DNA from: an uncultured delta proteobacterium
GTDB lineage: Bacteria > Desulfobacterota > Desulfuromonadia > Desulfuromonadales > BM103
Direction: 5' to 3'
NCBI GenBank assembly: GCA_963715335.1
Contig: CAVQRZ010000026.1
Location: 1 to 64,000 of the forward strand
DNA: 64,000 nucleotides
The notes under the pieces are model-generated. The model saw only the letters and a program-made list of their open reading frames with translations. It did no database searches and was not told the DNA's origin. The position numbers and the translations under genes are program-made. Shown here piece by piece: positions 31,367 through 41,813 of this stretch. How positions within the stretch are numbered: the first letter of the stretch is position 1; each line of letters starts with the position of its first letter.

Positions 31367-32719
31367 ATGAACATCTCCTGTTTCAAAGCATATGACATCC
31401 GCGGCCGGATTCCTGATCAGTTAAACGATGATATTGCTTACCGTGTCGGCCGTGCCTATGCGCAGTTTTTGCAACCGGACACCGTCGTGGTCGGACAGGA
31501 TGTGCGGCCGACAAGCCCGTCGTTGACGCAGGCTTTGATAAAAGGTCTGACAGAGGGTGGGGCGGATGTTCTGGATATCGGCCTGTGCGGCACCGAAGAG
31601 GTCTATTTTGCCACCTCGCATACCGGAGCAGACGGCGGTATCATGGTTACGGCGAGCCACAATCCGTCTGATTACAATGGTATGAAACTGGTGCGTGAAG
31701 GAAGCCGGCCGATCAGTGGCGATAGCGGTCTTGACGCAATCCGTCAGATCGCGGAAGAGGGGGGCTTCAATGTCCATGGCCGGCTCGGCTCGGTCTCTCC
31801 GTATGAGCACCGCATCGCATATATCCGCCATTTGCTCAGCTATATCGACACGTCCACACTGAGGCCATTCAAGATCGTGGTCAATGCCGGAAACGGTTGT
31901 GCCGGACCGGTTCTTGACCTGCTTGAAAATCAGCTGCCGCTGGAGATCACCAAAATATGCCACAAACCGGATGGCACTTTCCCGAATGGTATCCCCAACC
32001 CATTGCTTCCGGAGAACCGGGGGATCACAAGGGACGCTGTCCTGGCCAATGGCGCCGGGCTCGGTATCGCCTGGGACGGTGATTTTGATCGCTGTTTTTT
32101 CTTCGACGAGCGGGGCGAGTTCATCGAGGGATATTATATCGTTGGTTTGTTGGCCGATGCGTTTCTGGCCAAGGAGCCGGATGCGAGAATCATTCATGAC
32201 CCGCGGCTGACCTGGAACACCGTTGATATAATCAACAAGGCTGGAGGGCAGGCCGTGATGAGCAAGACCGGCCATGCCTTCATCAAGGAACGCATGCGAG
32301 CCGAGGATGCGGTCTACGGCGGCGAAATGAGCGCACACCACTATTTTCGTGACTTTGCCTACTGCGACAGCGGTATGATCCCGTGGTTGCTGGTCGTAGA
32401 AATGATGTGTCGTGAACGTAAGCTGTTGTCGGAGCTAGTCGGCGAGCGGATGGCCAGGTTCCCGGCCAGCGGCGAAATCAACAGGGTTCTGGCGGATCCA
32501 AAAGCGGTGATTGCGGCTGTGGAAACAAAATACTCTGTTGATGCGTTAAGTGTTGACCGGACTGATGGTCTTTCCATTGAGTTTACCGATTGGCGTTTCA
32601 ACCTGCGCATGTCAAACACCGAACCGGTGGTGCGGTTGAATGTGGAATCCCGTGGAGACAAAGGGCTCATGGAAGAAAAGACACAGGAGTTATTGAATTT
32701 CCTGAAGAAAATTCAATAA
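31367..32719 (+). CDS. manB: Phosphomannomutase
   Basis: [31 protein letters not shown]. Confidence 0.95.
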   Translation: MNISCFKAYDIRGRIPDQLNDDIAYRVGRAYAQFLQPDTVVVGQDVRPTSPSLTQALIKGLTEGGADVLDIGLCGTEEVYFATSHTGADGGIMVTASHNPSDYNGMKLVREGSRPISGDSGLDAIRQIAEEGGFNVHGRLGSVSPYEHRIAYIRHLLSYIDTSTLRPFKIVVNAGNGCAGPVLDLLENQLPLEITKICHKPDGTFPNGIPNPLLPENRGITRDAVLANGAGLGIAWDGDFDRCFFFDERGEFIEGYYIVGLLADAFLAKEPDARIIHDPRLTWNTVDIINKAGGQAVMSKTGHAFIKERMRAEDAVYGGEMSAHHYFRDFAYCDSGMIPWLLVVEMMCRERKLLSELVGERMARFPASGEINRVLADPKAVIAAVETKYSVDALSVDRTDGLSIEFTDWRFNLRMSNTEPVVRLNVESRGDKGLMEEKTQELLNFLKKIQ

Positions 32720-32722
32720 CTC

Positions 32723-32875
32723 CGTGACGCGGTACGAGTGACGCGAAAGTCAAAGTCTATTGATCTAGGAACCACAGATAAACAGGATGGACACAGTTTA
32801 AGGATTAGCCTGTGAGGGTTTATGGAATCTATGAGTGAAATGAATCGCGTTCCGCATTCCGCGTCCCGCGTCCCG
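32723..32875 (+). repeat. Heptamer inverted-arm element with internal nonamer array
   Basis: cgtgacg cggtacg agtgacg cgaaa; accacagataaacaggatggacacag (32771-32796); cgttccg cattccg cgtcccg cgtcccg. Confidence 0.8.
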
Positions 32876-33886
32876 GATTCTAAAAGAATCCTGGTAACCG
32901 GTGCAGCAGGTTTCATCGGCTTTCATCTCTGCCTGCGGCTGCTGCAGCGCGGCGATCAGGTGGTTGGTCTCGACAACCTGAGCGACTACTATGATGTATC
33001 ACTTAAGGAAAACCGCCTTAAGAAACTGAATAATATTGATAATTTCTCATTTATAAAGCTTGATATTTCTGTTCGTGCGGACATGGAAAAGCTCTTTGCT
33101 GAGCATCAATTTGATGTTGTGGTCAACCTTGCGGCTCAGGCCGGCGTCCGTTATTCCCTGACCAACCCGCATGCCTACGTCGATGCCAACATCGTCGGCT
33201 TTATGAACATTCTCGAAGGCTGTCGGCAACAGCGGATCGCCCACCTTGTCTATGCTTCTTCCTCATCGGTCTACGGTGCAAACACCAGCATGCCGTTTTC
33301 GGTGCATGATAATATCGATCACCCGGTTTCGCTCTATGCCGCGAGTAAAAAGGCCAATGAGTTGATGGCGCATACCTATGCCCATCTGTATGGGCTGCCC
33401 TGTACCGGCCTGCGTTTCTTTACTGTATACGGACCCTGGGGGCGTCCTGATATGGCGCTGTTCCTGTTTGCCAGGGCAATCCTGGCCGGTGAACCGATCA
33501 ATGTTTTTAACCACGGCCGCATGCGCCGCGATTTTACTTATATTGATGACATTGTCGAGGGTGTTGTGCGGGTTATTGACAAACCGGCGCAATCCAATCC
33601 TGACTGGACGGGTGACCGGCCAGATCCCGGGACCAGTGCGGCGCCGTATCGCGTGTATAATATCGGTAACAACAACCCGGTCGAGCTGATGGACCTGATC
33701 GAAACCCTCGAAAAGGCCCTGGGTAAGGTCGCAGAAAAGAATTTCATGTCGATTCAGCCTGGGGATGTTCCTGCGACCTGGGCCAATGTCGATGCCCTTA
33801 GTGATGATGTCGGTTTCCGGCCGGATACACCGATCGAAGTCGGCGTGCAAAAATTTGTCGACTGGTACCTTGGGTATTATGCGTAA
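32822..33886 (+). CDS. NAD-dependent epimerase, UDP-glucuronate 4-epimerase type
   Basis: [41 protein letters not shown]; exact start (32822/32831/32840) uncertain. Confidence 0.9.
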   Translation: MESMSEMNRVPHSASRVPDSKRILVTGAAGFIGFHLCLRLLQRGDQVVGLDNLSDYYDVSLKENRLKKLNNIDNFSFIKLDISVRADMEKLFAEHQFDVVVNLAAQAGVRYSLTNPHAYVDANIVGFMNILEGCRQQRIAHLVYASSSSVYGANTSMPFSVHDNIDHPVSLYAASKKANELMAHTYAHLYGLPCTGLRFFTVYGPWGRPDMALFLFARAILAGEPINVFNHGRMRRDFTYIDDIVEGVVRVIDKPAQSNPDWTGDRPDPGTSAAPYRVYNIGNNNPVELMDLIETLEKALGKVAEKNFMSIQPGDVPATWANVDALSDDVGFRPDTPIEVGVQKFVDWYLGYYA

Positions 33887-33888
33887 AT

Positions 33889-34020
33889 CGAGGCGCGAAG
33901 TGCGAGGCTGGAACAAGCAAAAAAAATTGTCACGCAGAGACGCTGAACACGCAGAGCTAAAAATAACCATCTAATATCAGCTTTAATTCTCGCGATTCGC
34001 ACCTCGCATCTCGCGCTTCA
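33889..34020 (+). repeat. Heptamer inverted-arm element with internal nonamer arm
   Basis: cgaggcg cgaagtg cgaggct; tcacgcagagacgctgaacacgcagag (33930-33956); cgattcg cacctcg catctcg cgcttca. Confidence 0.82.
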
Positions 34021-34029
34021 AGGATTCTT

Positions 34030-35340
34030 ATGAGTTCAGTCGTTGCCATAGTCGGTCGGCCAAACGTTGGGAAATCGACGTTGTTCAACCGTATTCTGGG
34101 CAGGCGTATGGCAATTGTCGAGGATATCCCTGGTGTGACACGCGACCGGAATTATGCCGAGGTATCCCGTTACGCAAAACGCTTTACCCTGATCGATACA
34201 GGCGGTTTTGAACCGGCCAGTAACGATCGTCTTCTGTCTCAAATGCGTGAACAGTCCCAACTGGCAATTGAGGAGGCGGATATCATCCTCTTTCTCATGG
34301 ATGGCCGGGAAGGACTGACCCCGGCCGATGAAGAAGTAGCCGGCATGCTTCGCCAGGTGGACAAACCTGTTTTGTTCGTGGTCAACAAAGTCGATGGGCC
34401 GAACCAGGAAGCAGCGCTCGGCGAGTTTTACGCCCTCGGAGTCAATGACCTCTATCCGGTCTCTGCCGAACATCGCCTTGGTGTCGGTACGCTGATCGAT
34501 GAGGTGCTGGAGCTTTTGCCGGAACAGGACGAAGGCCAGGAGAGCCTCACCGAGACCCGTCTGTCGATTATCGGCCGACCGAACGTCGGCAAGTCCTCGC
34601 TGGTCAACCGCATGCTCGGTTACGAGCGGGTCGTCGCCAATCCGACGGCCGGGACGACCCGAGACAGTGTCGATACACCGTTCATCTACAATGAAAAACG
34701 CTATGTCCTGATCGATACCGCCGGTATCCGCCGCAAGGGCAGGGTGTCGCAAAAGTTGGAAAAGTACTCAGTAATCCACGCCCTCAAGGCTTTGGATCGT
34801 ACTCACGTTGCTCTGGTGGTGATTGACGCCGAAGAAGGGATTACCGACCAGGACCTGACGATAGCCGGTTATGCTCATGAACGGGGCCGGGCGGTCATCC
34901 TGATCGTCAACAAATGGGATCTGGTCAAAAAAGACAACTCTACGATGGGTGATTACATCAAGGACGTGCGTGACGCATTCAAGTTTCTTCCTGACAGCCC
35001 GATTCATTTTGTATCGGCACTAACCGGCCAGCGAATCAACAAGATCATGGTAGATGTCGAGATGGTCAGCGACGAGTTCAATCGCAAGGTTTCGACCGCG
35101 GAACTCAACCGGGTCCTCAAGGATGCCGAAATCAACCATCCGCCACCGATGTTCCGTGGTAGACGCCTGAAGCTATTCTATGCCACCCAGACGGCGGTCC
35201 GTCCGCCAACCTTTATCATTTTCGTCAACAAATCCGAGGGGATTCATTTTTCGTATGAACGCTATCTGATGAATTGCCTGCGTCAGGCGTTCGGTTTTAT
35301 CGCCTGCCCGATAAGATTGAAATTCTCGGACCGGAAATGA
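34030..35340 (+). CDS. der: Ribosome biogenesis GTPase Der (EngA)
   Basis: Two GRPNVGKS P-loops, DTGG and DTAG, NKVD and NKWD, KH-like tail. Confidence 0.97.
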   Translation: MSSVVAIVGRPNVGKSTLFNRILGRRMAIVEDIPGVTRDRNYAEVSRYAKRFTLIDTGGFEPASNDRLLSQMREQSQLAIEEADIILFLMDGREGLTPADEEVAGMLRQVDKPVLFVVNKVDGPNQEAALGEFYALGVNDLYPVSAEHRLGVGTLIDEVLELLPEQDEGQESLTETRLSIIGRPNVGKSSLVNRMLGYERVVANPTAGTTRDSVDTPFIYNEKRYVLIDTAGIRRKGRVSQKLEKYSVIHALKALDRTHVALVVIDAEEGITDQDLTIAGYAHERGRAVILIVNKWDLVKKDNSTMGDYIKDVRDAFKFLPDSPIHFVSALTGQRINKIMVDVEMVSDEFNRKVSTAELNRVLKDAEINHPPPMFRGRRLKLFYATQTAVRPPTFIIFVNKSEGIHFSYERYLMNCLRQAFGFIACPIRLKFSDRK

Positions 35341-35345
35341 GTAAA

Positions 35346-35553
35346 TAGGGTGCGAGACGGGAAGTGGGAAGCGCGAAAAAGCCAACCACTTTATCTAGCC
35401 AAAGATCAAAACCGACACAGGTGATTTAAAAGATGGTTGAACACTTGAATTTTGGCTATGCCTGTTGATAAAGAGTGAATCGGTTAAACAGCTCAACAAT
35501 TCAATACCCTCCAGGTCTTTCTCGTGCGACGCAACCCGCGTTTCGCGTCCCCC
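35346..35553 (+). repeat. Heptamer inverted-arm element enclosing an octamer pair
   Basis: tagggtg cgagacg ggaagtg ggaagcg cgaaaaa; ggttgaac acttgaat ... ggttaaac agctcaac aattcaat; tttctcg tgcgacg caacccg cgtttcg cgtcccc. Confidence 0.75.
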
Positions 35554-35669
35554 GCTTTTACGAAAACATCCTTTACTTGCCCACACTTAATAAAGTATAG
35601 TTATTTCTGTTTATTTTTCGATTGTTACACTCCGTTGTGCAGAAAATCTATGGAATTTTTTAACAGCTT

Positions 35670-37382
35670 ATGAGTCTTGTCGGTAACCTTGAAGATCTCG
35701 GCCTCGGCGAAATTCTGCAAATCGTCAGTCTGAGCCGCAAATCCGGTGTGCTGCAGTTGAACAGCCACGACCGGGACGGCCGGGTTGTTTTTCGAGACGG
35801 TCAGGTCATCCGTGCGATGGCATCGACCTTTCCTGAGAACCTGGGTGATCTCGTTCTGCGTACCGGTCTGGCCGATATGGAGGTTCTGAAACAGGCTCTG
35901 GGTCTCCAGCAGGAAAGTGATGACGATCGTCGAATCGGCGATATCCTGGTCAGTGAATTCGGGGTTGATCGTGATGCGATAGAGACCGCTGTTCGCGAAC
36001 AACTGGAAAAAATTGTTTACAGCTTCTTCGGTTGGGATGAAGGAGCTTTTTCTTTTGAACTGGGGGACTGCCAGGAACTGGTAATGACCAATCTTGACCC
36101 TCTCCAGTTCATGCTCGACCAGGGCATGAATCCTCAATGGCTGGCCATGGAAGGCAGCCGCATCCTCGATGAAAAGCGCCACCGTGGTGAAGATGTTGAT
36201 GAACGGGGCGAGTCACTGGTTGATGTTGACGCTTTGCTGGCAGAGGTTAAAGGCGAGTCCGCATCTCGACCCTCTTCAGAACTCGACGCCACAGCAGAAA
36301 CACCTGCGAGCGCTGCCCTCGGCCAGGACAAAGATTCGTCACGCTGTTTCATCGTGGTTGATGATGATCCCAATACTGCTGAACAGATTGCCGCTCTTCT
36401 CCAGAAACACAAAGCACGGGTTCATGCCTATACAAATTATCGTGCTTTCATGGCTGCGGTCGACGGCGCTGATCCGCGCTCAACGACTCTGGTCATAGAC
36501 TTGATCATGCCACGCCGCGATGGCAGCGGGGTGCTCGGCGGGCTCGAACTGCTTGAGGAGATTCGTGCCAAGCATCCTGATTTCCAGGTTCTGGTCATGT
36601 CAGATCATCCCAACCGGGAAGCAGAGCAGAGCATCCGCGAGTTCGGTGTGCCGGCCCTGTTTTCCAAACCCAAAAAAGACGAGGTTCTGGATGATCGCGG
36701 GCGGACTGGTCTGAAGGCTCTGGTTGACGCGATTCTGGCACTTGGCGCTGCTGACAAGCAGAACACGGTTGCGGACGGTCTGTATAATATCGGTGCTGAA
36801 TTGCTCAAGGAAATGGGTGAAATGGCCGTCGGGACGGCTCCACTGTCCCCTCAGCAATCTCCTGGCCTGCATCTGCTGCGAGGTATGCTGCAAGAATTAA
36901 ACAATCCGTCGCTCGGCGGAGGCATCATCCTTTTGATCCTGCGGTTTGCCAGCGAGTTAATGAACCGGGCCGTGATCCTCTTGGTAAAAGACGAAGAGAT
37001 TGTCGGATTGGGCCAGTTCGGCATTGAACTTAAAGGTGAATCTGCGGATGTAAGAGTTCGCAATACACGCCTGCCAAAAGTGGAGAAGCACGTCTTTACC
37101 GAGGCCCTGCAGGAATTCTCTCCCTACCACACGGGTCCGGCAGAAACGGACTGGAACACCTACCTTTTCAACCAACTGGGGGGAGACCGTCCATCGGAAG
37201 TTTTCATTGGCCCCCTGATCAGTGAAGGGAGGGTCGTTGCGGTTCTATACGGTGATAATCTTCCTGAAAAGAAGCCGATCGGTGATACGGAAGCCCTCGA
37301 AATATTCCTGTCTCAGGCGGGTCTGGCGATGGAAAAAGCTCTACTCGAACGCCGTATGATGAGTAATCGCGATGCTGTCTAA
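35670..37382 (+). CDS. DUF4388/PATAN + receiver + GAF-like signalling protein
   Basis: MSLVGNLEDLGLGEILQIVSLSRKSGVL, FFGWDEGAFSF; IVVDDD..VIDLIMP; PLISEGRVVAVLYGDN. Confidence 0.8.
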   Translation: MSLVGNLEDLGLGEILQIVSLSRKSGVLQLNSHDRDGRVVFRDGQVIRAMASTFPENLGDLVLRTGLADMEVLKQALGLQQESDDDRRIGDILVSEFGVDRDAIETAVREQLEKIVYSFFGWDEGAFSFELGDCQELVMTNLDPLQFMLDQGMNPQWLAMEGSRILDEKRHRGEDVDERGESLVDVDALLAEVKGESASRPSSELDATAETPASAALGQDKDSSRCFIVVDDDPNTAEQIAALLQKHKARVHAYTNYRAFMAAVDGADPRSTTLVIDLIMPRRDGSGVLGGLELLEEIRAKHPDFQVLVMSDHPNREAEQSIREFGVPALFSKPKKDEVLDDRGRTGLKALVDAILALGAADKQNTVADGLYNIGAELLKEMGEMAVGTAPLSPQQSPGLHLLRGMLQELNNPSLGGGIILLILRFASELMNRAVILLVKDEEIVGLGQFGIELKGESADVRVRNTRLPKVEKHVFTEALQEFSPYHTGPAETDWNTYLFNQLGGDRPSEVFIGPLISEGRVVAVLYGDNLPEKKPIGDTEALEIFLSQAGLAMEKALLERRMMSNRDAV

Positions 37383-37414
37383 TCAACGTTTAATCAGGTT
37401 GGGGGCCTACAGTC

Positions 37415-37783
37415 GTGAGTAAAAAAATTCTGATCGCAGAAGATTCGCTGACCATGCGTTCGCTGATAGTCTCGACGATCGCGGCCATGGGCGACTATGA
37501 GACGGTTGAAGCGGCCAATGGTTTCGAAGCTTTACGAATTCTTCCCCGCGAAAAAGTTGACCTGATCATAACCGATATTAATATGCCTGATATCAATGGT
37601 CTTGAACTGGTCAGTTTTATAAGGAATAACGACAACTATCGCGAGACTCCTCTCTTTATCATCAGTACCGAGAGCAGTGAGCGTGACCGCGAGAAAGGGT
37701 TGTCTCTTGGTGCCAACGCATATCTTGTCAAGCCTTTCGCCCCCGATCAGTTGCAGGCCCTGATCCGTGAGTACCTCGGTTGA
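37415..37783 (+). CDS. cheY: CheY-like single-domain response regulator
   Basis: ILIAEDS, DLIITDINMP, YLVKPF. Confidence 0.88.
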   Translation: MSKKILIAEDSLTMRSLIVSTIAAMGDYETVEAANGFEALRILPREKVDLIITDINMPDINGLELVSFIRNNDNYRETPLFIISTESSERDREKGLSLGANAYLVKPFAPDQLQALIREYLG

Positions 37784-37792
37784 TTTGCGGAG

Positions 37793-39865
37793 GTGACAGT
37801 GTCTGACAAGAGATCCTCCCAAGCCCTCAAGGACTTCGTCAGCGAGACAGAAGAAATTATCGAATCGCTCAATCTTGACCTGGTCAGGCTTGCTGATTCG
37901 GTGGACTCCGGTGATTGCGACCCGGACGTGCTCAATGGCATTTTTCGAGGGGCTCACTCGATCAAGGGCCTGTCCGGCATGTTCGGCTTCGATGACCTGT
38001 CGAAACTCTCCCATTCCATGGAAAGCCTGCTTGACGGATTACGCCTCGGTAAAATCCCGTTTAATCAGTTCCTGGTCGACACCCTGTTCAGCTCACTTGA
38101 TGTCCTGATCAACTTGATTGACGGCAAAAGCAATGACGAGGACTTCACCCTCGATCTGACACCTGTTCTGACGCAGATCAGCAAAGCTGCCGAGGGTGGA
38201 GGAGGAGGTGACGAGAGTCCGCTTGCCGGTCTGGAAATTGACCCTGCTATATTGAATGTCCTCACCGAGTACGAAGAACATCGCTTGTTGGAAAATGTCC
38301 GCAAGGGGCGGCAGCTTCATCTGCTGCGTATGAACTTCGACCTGGCCAGCTTCGATCAGGAACTCGCAGAGGTCACCCAGCAACTCAAACAACAGGGCGA
38401 GGTGATCAGCACTCTTCCCTCAGCTGGTGATATCGGCGAAAGGATCTCTTTCCAGATTCTGTTCGGTAGTGAACTCGGCCATGCCGACATTGCCATGCTG
38501 CTCGGCCACGACACCCTTGATATCCTCACCTATGGCGACAGGTCCGGACCTGAAGAGTCGGAGGCCCTCGTCGTTGAAGAGTCGCCGGACGATGTTGCCG
38601 AAACGGTTGTCGCCCGGTTGCCGGATACCGCAGAAGATGCAGACAGCGCAAGTTCCATGCGCTCGATCAGCCGCACGGTTAGGGTTGATATTGACAAGCT
38701 TGACCTGTTGATGAATATCGTCGGTGAACTGGTCTTGTCAAAAAGTGCCATTGCCAACATTAGTGATCGTATGAAAATGACCCTGGAGAAGGATCTTGCG
38801 ACTGATCTCGGCAAGGCCACCCGCGTTCTCGAGCGGCGTCTGCACGAATTGCAAAAAGGGGTCATGGATGTACGCATGGTTCCGGTCGGACAACTCTTTG
38901 AAAAAATGACCAGGATTGTACGTCGGGTCGCCAACGAGCAGGGCAAAAAGGTCGAGCTTGAGATTCGCGGCGCTGATACCGAACTGGACAAACTGATCAT
39001 CGAAGATGTCTCAGACCCGCTCATGCACATCATCCGCAATGCTATCGATCACGGTCTTGAAACGCCCCGCGAGCGGCTTGCTGCGGGTAAGTCGGAAAAG
39101 GGTACGATTCAGCTTCTGGCGTCGCAGAAAGGCAACCACGTTGTCATAACAGTCAATGATGACGGACGCGGTATTGACAAGGAAAAAGTGCGTCGCAAGG
39201 CCGTTGAAAGAGGCTTGATCAGCGCCTCACATGAGTTGACAGAAGAGGAAGTCCACGAGCTGCTTTTTCTGCCCGGCTTCTCAACCCGTGATGCAGTCAG
39301 TGACCTCTCCGGTCGTGGCGTCGGCATGGATGTGGTTAAAAACAACATCGCCGCACTGTCGGGGATGATCGAGGTGCGCAGCCAGTTTGGACAGGGCTCC
39401 AGTATGATCATCACCTTGCCGATTACCCTGGCTATCATCAAGGCATTGATCGTTCAGGTCGGTAAAACGACCTACGCGATTCCGATCAATTCAGTTCTGG
39501 AAACTTTGATGATCGAAGCGCATGCCATTCAGACGGTCGAGAAGCACGAAGTGATCGAGTTACGCAAAAGCACCGTGCCACTGCTGCGTCTTGACAAGAT
39601 ATTTGCTCTGTCTGAAGAAGAAGACGATGAAGACCGGCGACTCTTTGTCGCAATCGTGGGTCTGGCAGAAAAACGTGTGGGGTTCGTGGTTGACGATCTG
39701 CTCGGTCAGCAGGATGTTGTCATTAAGTCGCTCGGCAAAGCCCTCTCGTTCGTTAAGGGCATTGCCGGGGCGGCAGAACTGGGGAATCAGAAGACCATCC
39801 TGGTGCTGGACGTGGCTGGATTGATGAGCGAAGCGCTGCGAGGTGAGTCTTCACTCAATGTATGA
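37793..39865 (+). CDS. cheA: Chemotaxis-family histidine kinase
   Basis: HPt FRGAHSIKG, VRVDIDKLD, HIIRNAIDHG, DDGRGID, SGRGVGMDVV, C-terminal CheW domain. Confidence 0.96.
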   Translation: MTVSDKRSSQALKDFVSETEEIIESLNLDLVRLADSVDSGDCDPDVLNGIFRGAHSIKGLSGMFGFDDLSKLSHSMESLLDGLRLGKIPFNQFLVDTLFSSLDVLINLIDGKSNDEDFTLDLTPVLTQISKAAEGGGGGDESPLAGLEIDPAILNVLTEYEEHRLLENVRKGRQLHLLRMNFDLASFDQELAEVTQQLKQQGEVISTLPSAGDIGERISFQILFGSELGHADIAMLLGHDTLDILTYGDRSGPEESEALVVEESPDDVAETVVARLPDTAEDADSASSMRSISRTVRVDIDKLDLLMNIVGELVLSKSAIANISDRMKMTLEKDLATDLGKATRVLERRLHELQKGVMDVRMVPVGQLFEKMTRIVRRVANEQGKKVELEIRGADTELDKLIIEDVSDPLMHIIRNAIDHGLETPRERLAAGKSEKGTIQLLASQKGNHVVITVNDDGRGIDKEKVRRKAVERGLISASHELTEEEVHELLFLPGFSTRDAVSDLSGRGVGMDVVKNNIAALSGMIEVRSQFGQGSSMIITLPITLAIIKALIVQVGKTTYAIPINSVLETLMIEAHAIQTVEKHEVIELRKSTVPLLRLDKIFALSEEEDDEDRRLFVAIVGLAEKRVGFVVDDLLGQQDVVIKSLGKALSFVKGIAGAAELGNQKTILVLDVAGLMSEALRGESSLNV

Positions 39866-40682
39866 GACTTATTTTGGGCTGAGCGAGCGTCCCTTCAGTA
39901 AAACTCCGGATCCCAGGTTCCTGTTCCTGAGTCGTGGTCATCGCGAAGCGCTGGCTCGCATGCAGTACGCTGTCGAGGAGCGTGACCTGGTGCTGCTGAC
40001 AGGTGAAATCGGTTGTGGCAAGACGACCCTGTCGCGGGCCCTTATGGATACTCTTGATGAGAGCTTCAAAGTTGTCTGCCTGGTCAACCCACGCCTGACT
40101 CCGCTCGAGTTTCTCAGTAGTCTGGCGCGTCACCTTGGTGTTGAAGAAGCGGCGCGGTTCAAGGTTGATCTGCTTGAACAGATCGGCAAGATTTTGTTCC
40201 AATACTATGAGAACGATACAACCCCGGTCGTGGTGATTGATGAGGCGCAGCTTGTCCCGCACAAGGAGACGTTCGACGAAATCAGGCTGCTGACCAACTT
40301 TCAACTGGATGATCGCAACCTGATCAGTATCGTTTTGATGGGACAGCCGGAGCTGAAAAAACGTCTTAGTCACCGTGCCTACGAACCGTTGAGACAGAGG
40401 ATCGGCATGCAGTACGATCTGCAGCCGCTCAACCTGGAAGAGACAGCCGAATACCTGGATTTCCGGATCGTCAAAGCCGGTGGCCGGCCCGGACTTTTTA
40501 GCGAAGCGGCCCTTGAATCTGTCTATGCCTATTCGGGTGGGATACCACGCATGATCAATCATGCTGCGTCCCTGGCTCTATTGGAGTGCTTCGGCAGGGG
40601 TGGTGACCAGGTTGATAGTGCCACCATGAATGCCGTGATGCTGGAGCTTGACCACAACTTGTTGAAACAGAACCGCGGATAA
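39858..40682 (+). CDS. ExeA/GspA-like AAA ATPase
   Basis: MY..YFGL.ERPF..TPDP.FLF, GEIGCGKTT, VVIDEAQ, MGQPEL, SGGIPR.IN. Confidence 0.88.
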   Translation: MYETYFGLSERPFSKTPDPRFLFLSRGHREALARMQYAVEERDLVLLTGEIGCGKTTLSRALMDTLDESFKVVCLVNPRLTPLEFLSSLARHLGVEEAARFKVDLLEQIGKILFQYYENDTTPVVVIDEAQLVPHKETFDEIRLLTNFQLDDRNLISIVLMGQPELKKRLSHRAYEPLRQRIGMQYDLQPLNLEETAEYLDFRIVKAGGRPGLFSEAALESVYAYSGGIPRMINHAASLALLECFGRGGDQVDSATMNAVMLELDHNLLKQNRG

Positions 40683-40686
40683 ACAG

Positions 40687-41427
40687 ATGGATATCGCTAA
40701 GATACGCAAAAAAGCCAAAACACAAGCCAAGTCGGACAAAACTTTGCCGGAGAAAGCCCGGCCAGACGCTGCTCCTGACCAGGAATTGGTGCCCGGGCCC
40801 GACCTGATTGAGGAAGTCGCCAGAACCGCGGAAGTGCTTGTTGAATCGGAGGCTTTGGTCGCCTCCGATAACGTCCCAATTAAACCGACAAACAGCCTTG
40901 ACCGGATTTTTTCTGCGACGGACGACCTGGCTCTGGCCACGGATGAATCATATGCTGCAATGTTGCAAGACCAGATTGCTGCTCAGTCTCAGGATGTCAG
41001 CCAGTACCTGGCTTTCCATCTCAATGATGAGGAGTATGCGCTGGACATCAAGCAAATAAGCGAGATAATCAAAGTCAGGGAATTTACGGAAATCCCCCGG
41101 TCTCCCGGGTTTGTCTTGGGAATTATCTCTCTGCGTGGCGTTGTCGTACCGGTGTTCGATTTGCCCTGTCGTATGAATCTGGGATCGGCCGAAATAACGG
41201 CAAGTTCGCGGATAGTCGTATGTCAGTCAGGCGACGTTGCGGTCGGACTGCTGGTTGACAATATTAATCAGGTTGTCAATCTCGTCGATGACGAAATCGA
41301 GCCGCCGCCCGGAGTATTATCCGGGCTGGACCGTGAAATGGTCTTCGGTATTGGTCGCTACCAGGGTCGCATGATCATCTTGTTGCAGCTAAATCATGTT
41401 TTGGACATTGAGCTGAACCGAGCTTGA
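40687..41427 (+). CDS. cheW: CheW with long N-terminal extension
   Basis: YLAFHLNDEEYAL, IPRSPGFVLGIISLRG, GLLVD. Confidence 0.88.
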   Translation: MDIAKIRKKAKTQAKSDKTLPEKARPDAAPDQELVPGPDLIEEVARTAEVLVESEALVASDNVPIKPTNSLDRIFSATDDLALATDESYAAMLQDQIAAQSQDVSQYLAFHLNDEEYALDIKQISEIIKVREFTEIPRSPGFVLGIISLRGVVVPVFDLPCRMNLGSAEITASSRIVVCQSGDVAVGLLVDNINQVVNLVDDEIEPPPGVLSGLDREMVFGIGRYQGRMIILLQLNHVLDIELNRA

Positions 41428-41436
41428 AAGGAGAGT

Positions 41437-41808
41437 GTGGTGATAAAGAAGAAAATCCTGGTTGTCGAGGATGAAGAGAGCTTGCTCAAACTGGAAAGTA
41501 TCCTGCTGAGTTCAAAAGGATACGAAGTACATGGTGCAGTGGATGGTCAGGCTGCGCTGGACGCTATAGACAAGGTCAAGCCCGACCTTGTTCTGCTGGA
41601 TATCATGTTGCCGGTGATTGACGGTTTCGAGGTTTGCCGCAGGATTAAATCGAACAGCGCGACCAAACACATACCCGTGGTCATGCTGACGGCGAAAAAG
41701 AGCCGTGAAGATATGGCGCGCGGGGAGCAGGTTGGGGCTGACTGGTACATAACCAAACCGTTCAAGTCGGCCATGGTCATCGAAACCATTCAGAGATTTA
41801 TTGACTGA
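41437..41808 (+). CDS. Single-domain response regulator
   Basis: ILVVEDE, PDLVLLDIMLP, MLTA, YITKPF. Confidence 0.9.
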   Translation: MVIKKKILVVEDEESLLKLESILLSSKGYEVHGAVDGQAALDAIDKVKPDLVLLDIMLPVIDGFEVCRRIKSNSATKHIPVVMLTAKKSREDMARGEQVGADWYITKPFKSAMVIETIQRFID

Positions 41809-41813
41809 GCGCC

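Noticed and set aside
860..35553. CRISPR array, integron attC sites or IS ends as an explanation for the repeats
   Set aside because: No constant repeat with unique spacers, no cas, integrase or transposase, and no consistent RYYYAAC/GTTRRRY boxes or target duplications seen.
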